The notes under the pieces: model-generated
What the model saw: only the letters and a program-made list of their open reading frames with translations
The model's database searches: none
Told to the model about the DNA's origin: nothing
Assembly (NCBI RefSeq): GCF_009914755.1
Contig: NC_060943.1
From: the human T2T-CHM13v2.0 reference genome, Homo sapiens
Strand: one strand, 5' to 3'
DNA: 64,000 bases
Translations under genes and position numbers: made by a program
Part shown: in pieces, positions 22,267 to 42,052 of the stretch
Layout of the letters: the number at the start of each line of letters is the position of its first letter
Numbering within the stretch: the stretch's first letter is position 1

Positions 22267-22656
22267 TCATATAATAGTATGACATGACTCAAAATTAAGG
22301 AATAAGATTGTGGAAATTGGTTTTCAAAAAAAAATTCTCTAGTTTGAATATAGAGAAAAATTGGTGAGTGTCTTCAGCTGTCCTCATACATAATGCATGT
22401 GAGCTCGCTTTAAGCATAAGTGAAGGAGTGGAAAAATCCTGGAGATAGAAATCAAGGGGTATACATGTGGATGTAAAAAATCAACAAAGATTCTTTTAAG
22501 AAAAGGTGTGTATGGGTAGGGAACAATAGCATGACAGCAGTGCGGCCTCTAACAGTCTGGAACCAGTTAGGAAAAAGAGCAGGATTGAGCGCCATTCCAT
22601 TCATAGACACCGTGGTGATATTTTGAGTACATTAGGTTAAAAGGCTTTCTTCAGCA

Positions 22657-22826
22657 AAATCTATCTCTAGAGATAGATTTGATTTTTATAATCAAATCTA
22701 CTAGAGATAGATTTGATTTTTATAATCAAATCTACTAGAGATAGATTTGATTTTTATAATCAAATCTACTAGAGATAGATTTGATTTTTATAATCAAATC
22801 TACTAGAGATAGATTTGATTTTTATA
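22657..22826. repeat. Palindromic 34-bp minisatellite, ~4.7 identical copies, headed by a 24-bp perfect palindrome
   Basis: Unit CTAGAGATAGATTTGATTTTTATAATCAAATCTA at 22667, 22701, 22735, 22769, partial 22803; palindrome 22657-22680. Confidence 0.97.
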
Positions 22827-22896
22827 CTTAATGTTCTAGACTGTATCTTTTCAGGATGCTAGGTACTTTATGAAGATCCATGCTGTCTCAATTTGC

Positions 22897-23403
22897 ATAG
22901 TGGGTTGGAGGTCCCTAAGACAATCTCTCCAGATTCTATGATTTGCTAAGAGGACTCAGAATATAGTTGTACTCATGACTATATTATAGTGACAGGATAC
23001 AAATAATCAGCAAAGGGAAAAGGTTCTTGTATAATATCTGGAGGGAATCAGATGTAAATTTGTAAAGATCCTTTGTGCATGGAGTAACAGGTCTCAATTC
23101 CTCCAGTATTGAATTGTGACTGTACTTGTGAAATGTCTACAATGGAAATTAATTATCAACCCGTACCAAAGGTTCTTATTGGAACTAATCATGTAGGTAC
23201 CATCCCTCTGGTACATATCAAGATTCTAGACTCCAAGAAGGGGAGCAAGTGTTCAGAATAACTTGAACCATGCCTACCAGTTATGGAATGGTGGCAACCC
23301 TCTCAAACTCCGTGTTTCCTAACACCAGCTAAAGGCCAGTCTTATAAGCAGTCCTTTCTAAGATTTGCAGTCTCAGGCCTGTTATATTAACTTTTTGTGC
23401 ACA
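22897..23403 (-). mobile_element. MER21-like LTR
   Basis: Ends GCAGTCTCAGGCCTGTTATATTAACTTTTTGTGCACA; paralogous copy at ~51315-52113. Confidence 0.7.
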
Positions 23404-23958
23404 TAGTACTAGAAAACTGTTGGCTCAGTCTTCTTTTTGTTTTGTGTGTTTTGGTTTTTAACTGTCACCGATACCAGAATAGCTCATCTCCAAGGTAACT
23501 GTAACAGAACACTCAGCAGATTAAACAGAAAATACTTGCTTATTATAATTATTAAAAGTTTGGTAGGGTCTATGTCTGCTCTCTGGTGTGTCCTGGATCA
23601 TCAACTTGGTTACAACATGGTGTTAACATGTGGGACTGATTGTGTTTCTTGTTAATATTTCTGTTTCTCCCAACCACGCTGAATATTAAATACCTAGTTC
23701 TATATCTAGTACCCTGAGCTTATGTGGGGCTAATATTCTTTGCCATTTTTCACCACAGATTTGATTTCCTTTTTCTTTTGTGGACACTGGTGAGTTCCCT
23801 AATATAACTTTGACTTGGTTATATTTTCACAATCGGTGGGGATTATTACAGATTATCATCCTTCCTCTGCATTTGAAAAAGGAGGGAGGCTTCAAGTCAG
23901 GTTAGTTGACCTTCCTTTGTTGGTCTTATTATCCATAACATAATAAATAAATTGATGA

Positions 23959-24232
23959 GGATGGGCATGGTGGCTCACGCTTGTAATTCCAGCATTTAGG
24001 GAGGCTGAGGCGGCGTTTTAGACCAGCCTAGCCAATGTGGTGAAACCTCATCTCTACTAAAAATACAAAAAATATGCCAGGTGTGGTGGTGTGCGCCTGC
24101 AATCCTAGCTACTCAGGAGGCTGAGGCAGGAGAATCGCTTGAGCCTAGGAGGCGGAAGTTTGCAGTGAGCCAGAATCGTGCCACTGTACTCCTGCCTGGG
24201 TGATACAGTGAGTCTCCATCTCAAAAAAATAA
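23959..24232 (+). mobile_element. Alu (left-arm deletion)
   Basis: Alu consensus. Confidence 0.9.
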
Positions 24233-24559
24233 GTTTATGAGAAGTCTATTAAATTGTTACATAATCTATATAGGTAGAAGGTTTCTATTTCAAGTGAACG
24301 AAAGTGTAACTTGAATCGTCTAATGCAGACTCACAGCCCAAAAATAAATTCCAAGACATGTCCACTTTACAAATCCACAATTCCTTTGATGGGGTGGGAG
24401 GGCAGTTCTGGATAAGGATGGACCCTGCTAGATTGCAAAAAATTTACAGCACTAATTTTTTCCCCAGAGATCTCCATAAGGACCTATGGTCATGAACTTC
24501 TGTGACTGTGTACTCAAAAAGAGAAATAATCACACATTTTGGCAGTGACTGAATTCTTG

Positions 24560-28000
<3,441 letters not shown>

Positions 28001-28081
28001 TCGCTGAAGATCCAAATGTTAAAAATATAACCCTGGAAAAAATAATTTTAAATTTTTTAGAAGATATTGACTGATTTACAT

Positions 28082-28474
28082 TTCTTTCTTTTCTTCCTTT
28101 TTTTTTTTGTTTTTTTTTCTGAGACAGAGTCTCGCTCTGTCACTCAGCTGGAGTGCATTTCCCTTCCTTCCTCCCTCCCTTCCACTTTTTTTTTTTTTTT
28201 CTGAGACAGTGTCTCGTTCTGTCACCCAGATTGGAGTGCAGTGGCGTGATCTCGGCCTCCCAGGTTCAAGTGATTCTTGTACCTCAGCCTCCTGAGTAGC
28301 TGGGATTACAGGCATGTATCACCATGCCACGCCCAGCTGATTTTTTGTATTTTTAGTAGAGACAGTGTTTCACTATGTTGGCCAGGCTGGTCTCAAACTC
28401 CTGGCCTCAAGTAATCCGCTGGCCTTGGCATCCCAAAGTACTGGGTTTACAAGCGTGAGCCACTGCGCCTGGCC
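28082..28474 (-). mobile_element. Alu 3' fragment plus near-full Alu
   Basis: Two poly-T/GAGACAG starts. Confidence 0.88.
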
Positions 28475-28721
28475 GAGATGGAGCATCTCAATAAATTTTG
28501 TCATTTGGAAGGGCCGACTAGAGCAACAATACAGCTGTAACTAGTATAGAAATAGCAGTCAGTCAATTTTCAAAGAGGGGGATGTGTGGCATTGTGTGGT
28601 TAGCATAGTAACCTTGTTTTTATGTGTAAACACAATTGTGAAAAGGTATTTTTTTAGTTTATAAAATGAATCTAGAATGTGAGACTTCATTTTTTAAAAA
28701 ACAAAAATATAGATTGATAAG

Positions 28722-29516
<795 letters not shown>

Positions 29517-30229
29517 TGATTTTGCTTTATTCTATTATTTATTTGTATCAACCAATGTAAGCCAGATTCCAAATTGCTAACTATAATGACGATATTTTAA
29601 CCAAAAAATATAAAGGAAGAAAATAAAATATGTTCCTTCACGTATAGGATCCTCCTTAATGCTACTGCATTAAATAAATCATAGGCATTGGGTGTCTGAC
29701 ATCAATGCCAAGCGCTTCACCAGTTATACTTGCTTTGAAGTATTGGGCAATTTAAGAGCTTCTCTGAAATTTGGTGTTTTTACCTCTTCAGTAGACATAA
29801 TACCATGAAAAGTGTAAACGAAAGAAGATAGCTTTTCCATGAGGACAGGGCTTCCCCACTGGCCCTCTCAAATGATGATTGTTTTTCCTGCCAAACCAGT
29901 GGTACCACAGCGTCTGGAGTAGGGGCTGGCACCTTCTTTGTTCTTCATTGCCTCTCCCAAACCATTGTACTTGCTCACTCTTCCAACTTTTAGTTTTGGC
30001 CTCATATTATCAGTTTATAGTAATCAATCATCAATCATCTACTGACCCCTAAAAAGTCATTCCCCATTTAGTCCTTGAAGATTGTATCTCCTCGCTTGTT
30101 CTCTTTCCAATAATCCTCCGTAGTCCTGGGAGGCGTTTAGACTTCAGGAATTGCTGTCTATTCAATATTTTCGCTCAAGGACTCAGGCAGAGGGAAGGAC
30201 GACTCTCAGGGTCACAGTCCACATTCCCT

Positions 30230-31100
30230 ACCAAGCGCTCAGCGATATAGGATTCGTTCCCCATGGGCAGTGCGGGAATCGTAGGCAAGGAGCACCGCGG
30301 AGTCCCTCAGCATTCTGAGTGTAATCCAAACGCTCAGTGGAGTCGTGGTCCGTTTGACCCACGCAGGGGGATCCGGGGAATTCTGGGAAATGTAGTCCCG
30401 CCAATCAGTGGAGTCGCGGGCACTTCCGCTCCAGGGAAGAGGGGGCGGTTGTCACGGCACATTCCACGGTAGTTTCTTCCAGTTCCGCGACTCGCGGGCC
30501 CCTCCTAATGTCAGGGACTTAAGATTGGGGCTCGCTGGGACCTGGTGGTCCGGTTATGGGAAAAGAAGCCTCGTGGGAGAGCAGAGGTTTGGTGGGGCGA
30601 GGGCGGCGGCTTTTGTTGTGTCAGCGGAGCCTTCTTGGGCTGGGGCTCCCCTCGTGTCCCGCGGCGGGAGGCGGGGGGCATTGGGACTTGGTTGGGTCGC
30701 GTCTCGCCTGGTTTGAGGGTTTCCGGGGCTCTGAGCTCGCCCACTCCGCCTCCCTGCACTCCAGGCGCGCAGTCACTTTTTTACAGTGCAAGGTTGGCGT
30801 GTTAATCTCCCTGGGCCTCTCCTTGCTGTTCTTTAAAATGGGGACGTTAGGACCATCTTTGTAGAATCGTTTTGGTAACTGGAATAGGTTACACAACACA
30901 AACAGTCCCTGTCACTTGGTGAGTGGTGGTTTCTTGTTACTTTCCCACGAAACCTGTTAGGTCCCCCGGTGGGGTCAGAGCTCCAGCAGCAGGGGCCTCA
31001 GCCCTTATCTCTGATCCCTGCAGGACGCTGGACGATCCCGGACGCCTTCTGACCTCTTTTTAGGCAGGCGAGGGTTGCGTCCACTTCCACGAAGGGAGGG
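30230..31100. promoter_or_regulatory. ZNF234 CpG-rich promoter/exon 1 region
   Basis: ZNF143-type core AATTCTGGGAAATGTAGTCC 30379-30398, CCAAT 30401, CACTTCCG 30421; colinear homology to 1740-3140. Confidence 0.8.
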
Positions 31101-31166
31101 GAGCATTTAACTTTTCTCAGGGACAGCGACCCAGTCAGGATGTTTCACAGCTTTCTCCTTCCCCAG

Positions 31167-31220
31167 CCTGAAAAAGGACTGCGCGGACTGACTTCTTGGC
31201 TACTGAAAGCAAAGCTCCAC
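31167..31220 (+). other. ZNF234: ZNF234 non-coding 5'UTR exon (acceptor could instead be 31151)
   Basis: CTTCCCCAG| and |GTGAGT; conserved in all three paralogues. Confidence 0.55.
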
Positions 31221-32018
31221 GTGAGTGTGACTTGTCATTTTTCTTTTACAGAGACTGTATCTTTGTAGCATATGTAATAGGGCATGGGCATTTATAATAA
31301 TTAAGCCTTAATTGCTAACTTCAATTCTAGGGGATTTATACAATTAGATACGTTTAAGCCGCAACGTGACTCTGTGGAGAGGTACTGGTCATCCAAGTAG
31401 TAAGAGGTGAAACTTGGGTTGGAACCTAGGCATTCAGGGTCAGAGCCCGAGTTGATCATCTCTTGGATATATTCTCATTGAGGCAGAGGAACTAGCTGTA
31501 CTCAGGTGGGGAAAGTAAGTTAGAACTTGATTAAAGGACCTTAAGAGCAAGGCTAATTGCCTTGGAGTTTTCTCAGTTTTTAAAAACTGTCAACTATTTT
31601 GTTTCATTTATTACAAATATTTCACATTCTAATAGAACCGTATCACTGTGAAGCATTCAGAAATTACAGAAATACGAAGATACAAAAATTGTAATTACCT
31701 ATGAAATCAGGATGTAAAGATAGTAATGGTTAAATTTCTAATGCATTTTGTTTTAGTGGTTCCATGTTTATATTACTTATAAATGTTTTACAAAATTTTT
31801 ATTATACATTTCTCAATGTTTTTCTATTTATCTGCTTATCCATGGAAATTTCCAGATAAAGAGATAATAAACTAGTGACCTGCCATATTCTATCATGCTC
31901 ATTCTTATTCTTCTCATTATTATTTCTCCTATGACTATTTCCTGATTTTTTGAAAAAACTTTAACACAGTAATTATATAATTTTAAGTCTATAGAAAAGT
32001 TGCAAAAATAGTATAAGA

Positions 32019-32690
<672 letters not shown>

Positions 32691-33486
32691 TAATTTTTAT
32701 GAGTAGATATACTTGTTAGTGGGCAACATACTGTAAAGACCAGCATCCCCTGTTCCCCTGTTTGCTTATTCATTCATTCAAAAGTAAATATTCTATCAAT
32801 ATGGACTCAGAACGCAGTCTTGTTAAATTAAATGACATGTAGATTAATAATTTTTTTCCAACTTTATTGAGGTGTATTTTATGTATCAGAATTCACCCAT
32901 TTCAAGTGTACAATTCAGTAATCTTTAGGAACTTTGCTGAGTGTAGTAATCATCATCATCATTTAGTTTAGATCATTTTCATCCCCCAATTGGACTCCTC
33001 TTGCCCATTTACAGTTAATCCCCATTCTTATCCTAAATCCCCATCAACAAGTAACCTACTTTCTTTATAAACATTTGTCTGTTCTGAACGTTTCATATAC
33101 ATGAAATCATACAATCTGTGGTTTGGTGTGCCTGGCTTCTTTCACTCAGCATAGTGTTTCCAAGGTTCATGCATGTTGTAGCATGAGTCAGTACTTCATT
33201 CCTCTTAATTTCCAAATAAGATTCCATTGTATGGATATGCCAGGATTTGTCTATCCATTTTTCCATAGGAGGGCATTTTGGTTGTGTGCAGTTTGGGATT
33301 ATTATGAATAATGCCACCGTGACCATTCGTGTGCTAATTCACAGTACACATCTGTGTTGGTGGGGACATCCCTGGCCACGCTTTCATGTCTCTTTTTGTG
33401 TCTTCCATAGTGTTCCAGGCACGATTCTGCCTTCTCTCAAATGGCATAACTCAGGACTCTGCAAATTCCCAGAAACAGGAGGAAAA

Positions 33487-33501
33487 ATGACCACATTCAA
33501 G
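33487..33501 (+). CDS. ZNF234: ZNF234 first coding exon (MTTFK); exon starts 33411 or 33419
   Basis: AAAATGACCACATTCAAG|GTGAAT; homologous to ZNF225 ATG exon. Confidence 0.88.
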
Positions 33502-33666
33502 GTGAATAAGGCTTGCCACTCTTGCTGTTAAAATTCCATCTCACTATTCTCATGTTTCCTGAGGAAGACTCAAGAACAACGGGCATTTGAGAACCTGTTT
33601 ATGCTAAGTGCATCCTTCTGCCTTTTGAGTTGACTTTGTTTTTAGATGTTGTTTATTTTATTATTT

Positions 33667-33950
33667 CAGTTGACCTTCTGTATCTGTGGGTTTCACATCT
33701 AGGGGTTTTGCGTCTTTGAATTTTGCATTTGTGGATTCAACCAACCACAGATTGAAACCTGAGTCTATGTAAAGCTGACCATACATATTTTCCTTTTGCG
33801 GTTGATTGAGTCTGTGGATGTGGAACCCATGGATGTGGAGGGCTGACTGTAGTACAAACACTATTTTAGATAAGGGACTTGAGCATCCACAAATTATGGT
33901 ATCCTCAGGGGTCCTTGAACCAATTCCCCAAGCGTATTGAGTGACAACTG
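33667..33950. mobile_element. TcMar-Tigger (Tigger3/MER2-like) element
   Basis: Inverted termini CAGTTG...CAACTG followed by TA. Confidence 0.75.
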
Positions 33951-34309
33951 TATTTATTTTATGGAGTAGAAAAATTGGTGTGAATGAACAGTTCTCCTAC
34001 TTTACTTCTCTGCTTACGTATTAGCTGTTTTTATTTTCTTATAGTCTTTTCCTAATGTGCATTCATAACTATATTGGTATTCATGATATATATCTCATTT
34101 TTGTTATTTTTTCCTTAAGTACTAAATAATGTTCATTTTTTGAGGTTATGCCATATACCCATTTAATTAATGTGCCTTTTTATTTTTGACTACTTCCCAT
34201 TCATGGACATTTAGGTGATTTAAGAATTTTATTGTTTTACATAACACTGCAATGACAATTTTCCTACATAACCGTTTCCTCAAAAATCAACTCTGAAAAC
34301 TTTCTGCTG

Positions 34310-34545
34310 ATTTTTTTGTCACCACAACCTCTGCCTTCTGGGTTCAAGCAATTCTCCTGCCTCAGCCTCCCGAGAAGCTGGGATTACAGGCATGTGCCAC
34401 CATGCCCAGCTAATTTTGTATTTTTAGTAGAGATGGGGCTCCTCCATGTTAGTCAGGCTAGTCTCGAACTCCTAACCTCAGATGATCCACCTGCCTTGGC
34501 CTCCCAAAGTGCCGGGATTACAGGCATGAGCCACAGTGACTGGCT
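34310..34545 (-). mobile_element. Partial Alu
   Basis: Alu consensus, 3' part missing. Confidence 0.88.
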
Positions 34546-35177
34546 GTAGATAGAATACTCTAACATGGCACAGCACAACAGGCTATAATGCTGCTTCACA
34601 CAAATAATATTGTTGGAGTTTTCATATAGGAAGAGCTAGATTCTGTGTGCTTTGTGCCTCGATCATACTTTGTATGTATTTTATTTACTAGTGTCTTATT
34701 GCCTTTATAAAGTAACCAGTTTGACCAAAGTAGTAGGTAATAACCTTCATTTAAAATGTCCAGTGACACGGAAGATTTGCCAGTCACTTGTGTTCTGTTA
34801 CTGTATTTATTCAGAACAGCAGAATGAGGAGGTTTGTGGTCTCTTCTTCCTCTTAAACAGGTGAAATATGAGAAACCTTCTCAGATTGGCATAGAAAGTC
34901 AGGGGTCAGAAACATTAGCCATTCCATTTAAGTGAAAGTGAGAGACAAAAGGAAACAAATATTTCTCAATGAATGACCCGTGGTGTGGGTGTCTGGAGTG
35001 CCCTGTTGGGTGATAACGTCCACAGGTAGTGGGGGACCTCTTGTGTTCCTAATGTGGTGGCACCTCAGATGCACTAAGATGCTCAGCACTCCAGGTGCAC
35101 AAGGACAGTGATTAGCACAGTGGTTATATAAAGTCTTTAAATTACTCTACGGATATCCCCCTCAGATAGTGGTTTCT

Positions 35178-35283
35178 CGGGTATATACCCAGTAATGAGA
35201 TGGCTGGGTCAAATGGTATTTCTAGTTCTAGATCCCTGAGGAATCGCCACACTGTCTTCCACAGTGGTTAAACTAGTTTACAG
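35178..35283 (-). mobile_element. Isolated internal L1PA ORF2 fragment
   Basis: GGGTATATACCCAGTAATGAGATGGCTGGGTCAAATGGTATTTCTAGTTCTAGATCCCTGAGGAATCGCCACACTG, close to young L1PA. Confidence 0.85.
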
Positions 35284-35577
35284 CCATCATTCTACTGTCA
35301 ATTCTACTAATAAGTGGTTCATTCAACCTCTGCACCCTCATTACAACACAAGAACATCTCTGAGGAGTACCCTGAAGCATGGGGATCAGGGGGTGAGGTT
35401 TTTGGTAAGTGTTTTAGTGGGTGTGACAAAAGATACCTTACAGAGTATTAAGAGAAAAACAAGTTGGGGCAAAAATATTTACCACACAGGTGCCAAAAAA
35501 GATGAAATTCATAATAAACATTGGTATTCATTTATAATCAAGTAAGTAAGAATAATAGAATTGTTCTTCCTAATTAG

Positions 35578-36764
<1,187 letters not shown>

Positions 36765-37616
36765 TTATAATGAAAACAATATTGAAAATTAAATATTCAT
36801 TATTTAGAACAGGTAGATGCAGATTTCAGTTCCCTCGAATAATATACAGTCATGAAATGAGGTGAAATAGATGATGATGGTAATAATAATAGATAATAGC
36901 TAATGTTTCTTAGGTACTTAGTCTGCGCCATACACTATTCCAAATGCTATATGTAGTTTCTTTTTCAACGTTTGAAAGAACTCTGTCATGTAAGAACTAT
37001 CATACCAAGATGAAACTAGGTGAACTTATCCAAGATCACACAACTTTGAAGGGTACCCTTGTGTGCACTGAGGCATGATGGCTCCAGATCATGACACTAA
37101 ATGCTGCAGGTAATGCTGGTGCTGTGTGCCCTGGGTGTACAGAAGGAAAACTACATAGCAGTTTTAGATATGTTACCAAAAGCTTGTTAGTTTGGCAGAC
37201 TTTAATGAAAAGGGATAGCATCCAGCGTTCCTATGTGAGAGAGGAGGAAGGTGGGTGTTATCATGTATGTTGGTTCTGACTTGCTAAATGTTTCTGGGGC
37301 AATTGGTAATATTTACCGAAAGGTGAAACCCGTGTGGCTCAGGATGCGTCATTTAGAGTTCTAGATGGTTACTTACAAATAGACTCAGTGAAGCCACAAA
37401 GGAATTGAAGGCTATTGTTACTGATGTACTTTTACTGACATTAAGGAAAATCAAAGTGTGGCATTGGTAAGATGGAAGGAGAAGGGCTGAGAAATCTACA
37501 CATTAAGTCTCTGAAAATCTGGACCAGCTCCCCCTACATACTCTCCACTTTCTCAGTGCTGTTTCTTTTCAAGAGTTTGTTAAAAAGGCTGAAGTAAGGT
37601 GTGTTTGATGTTATAG

Positions 37617-37787
<171 letters not shown>

Positions 37788-37867
37788 TGATTTTGTGTCT
37801 TCAGGGGTTCAACACTTTGGAGGTCTTGAATTAGTCGCCTACATTTGTAGACCTGACTTTCCTATCA

Positions 37868-39056
<1,189 letters not shown>

Positions 39057-39258
39057 GAAATAGGTTTTTATAGCACATATTTATGTCTATGTGTCTGGAT
39101 CTTGAAATACTGATATTTCTTCATTAGGTTCTTCTAAAAGTGTTTGAAAACACTACTTTTGATTGATTGATCAGTATACAGTAGTAATTCAAATTGCCAG
39201 TAAGTTCAGTTGTACCTTTAGTGTGTTTGTTTTAAATATGTGACTTTGCGTGTTCTAG

Positions 39259-39351
39259 GGCATCACCCCTTCAAACATGATGTATTCCTTTTAGAAAAGG
39301 AAAAAAAGCTTGATATAATGAAGACAGCAACTCAAAGAAAAGGGAAATCAG
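39259..39351 (+). CDS. ZNF234: ZNF234 KRAB-B/b exon ([31 protein letters not shown])
   Basis: 93 nt, TAG|...|GTAAGA, open. Confidence 0.93.
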
Positions 39352-39608
39352 GTAAGAACCAAGCAGCTAAGAGTCCTTGTACGTGATTGTCCATCTGTTG
39401 TACTTCTCTCCCCTGCTCTTGCTGCCATCGGGTCCAAATTGCCAAACCTCTGTCCTGGATGATTGCAACAGCCTTCGTACTGGGCGCACTGCATCCACCC
39501 TCAATAGTATAAAGTATGTTCTCCTACAGGCGTTCTCCATATCATAGCTAAAGTGATCCTTTGGAAATGTAAGTCAGATTGCCATTCCTCTACTTAAGAC
39601 CTTGTACA

Positions 39609-40397
<789 letters not shown>

Positions 40398-42004
40398 TGA
40401 TAAAAATGTATTGTCTTTCAGTTCTTTGTTTGAAGTCCAACATGGGTCTCACTACGCTGAAATCAAGCTGTCAGCCCGTCCCTGTTTCTTCCCGGAGGCT
40501 CTAGGGAAGGAGAATCTGTATCGTTCCCTTATCAGTGTGTAGGGGCTGCCAAATTTCATAGCTTGTGGCCCTCTTCACAGCCAGCAACAGTGCTTCTCTG
40601 ATCATTCTTCTATAGTTGCATTTCCCTTTTATTCTCTCTTCATCCTTTTTCCACTTTATAAGGACCCTCTAATTGCACTGGGCCCACTTGGATAATGTAG
40701 AATTGCCTTCTATTTTTAGTTCAGCTGATTTGCAACCTTAATTCCCTCTGCAACCTTAATTACCCTTTGTCATAACCTGACATATTCTTAGGATGAGAAT
40801 TAGAACGTGGATTCTTTGGGGGTTGATTATTCTGCCAACTACAGATACTTCTGCCTCAAAGCCCTTATTTGCCCTTGTCTTTGCCTGGAAAAACTCACCT
40901 ACAATCCTCTCGGCCCCTCTCTTACTTCATCCTGGTCTCTGCTCAGTTTTAATTTCACAGTGGTGGCCTTTTCTGACATCCTTACTGGAAATGCCATCCT
41001 TTACTCTCTGCCCTACCTTCTCTTGTGTCTCATAGACTTTGGTTTACTTGCTTGTCCCCTCTCTCTCCCCACTGGAATATAATCTCCAAGAGTGGAGGAA
41101 TTTTTTTGTTTGTTTGTTTATTACTCTATCATCAGTGCCTAAATAGTCCTGTTACATGGCAGATATCTGTTAATATAAATATCTGTTGGCATAATGAAGG
41201 CATTAATGGATGGATGTGACCTCACTCTAGGGGTCTTGCAGCTAGGACAGGTCATACACAAACCAAAATGAATGAAGGGGGTTGCAGAACGTTATTTGTT
41301 TTCTGATGGCTGCACATCCAGTTTCTTCTGCCTTAGGTGCCCTTCACGTGAATGTTTGTGTGTGCACTTGAACCTCATACCATGAAAACTTACAAGCATC
41401 GTGGTTGTGACCACACTTTGAGTAACAAGCCTTCCCAGTGGCTTTCCTGGAGGCTTCCATCATATGGAACACATTCATTTCTGGGAAGGAATAATTTTTG
41501 AATGAAGATTCTGATGTCTACTTCTGAGATAGCTCCCCCCACAAGAAGATAACTATTTCCTAAGGTGTCAGATAGTAACTAGGTTGCAAACTGCTTTCCT
41601 TTCAGCACACTGCCCATCTGAACCTCATTTGCTTCTTCCAAAGTGCCCATCCGTATCACTGCCCCCAGGTTTTGCCTCCCCTGTGCCAGAGGTGGAAGAT
41701 TTAAGATTTGAGTGGCAAAAGTGACACAGCTGAATGTTGCCTGACTCTCTGGTTCAAAAATATGCTGTGCTTTTATTTTCTACAAATGTAGTAGCCATTA
41801 AGCATATATTAAAGAATATAGATGTCATACAATTTTTCCTTTATTTTTATAAAGACCTGGCTTTTATGTTCAACTAGTTGACATTATAACCTGGGAAAAA
41901 TGAAGAAACTTCTTGCTCAAAATTGTCACATCATCATAGAGACTTGTCCTCCTCAAAAAAACTACAATTTTTAAGGGTCAGTTTGTTAAATCTAATCATG
42001 TATT

Positions 42005-42008
<4 letters not shown>

Positions 42009-42048
<40 letters not shown>
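42009..42048. repeat. (AT)n microsatellite
   Basis: ~20 perfect AT units. Confidence 0.97.

Positions 42049-42052
<4 letters not shown>

Noticed and set aside
22640-22700. Palindrome as a hAT-transposon excision footprint matching the MER1 in the ZNF234 paralogue
   Set aside because: The site is offset by ~15-25 bp and the MER1 has a clean TSD consistent with private insertion; no evidence the ZNF225 copy ever held it
22667-22826. CRISPR-like array (34-bp palindromic repeats)
   Set aside because: Units abut with no unique spacers, there are no cas genes, and the context is primate; it is a minisatellite
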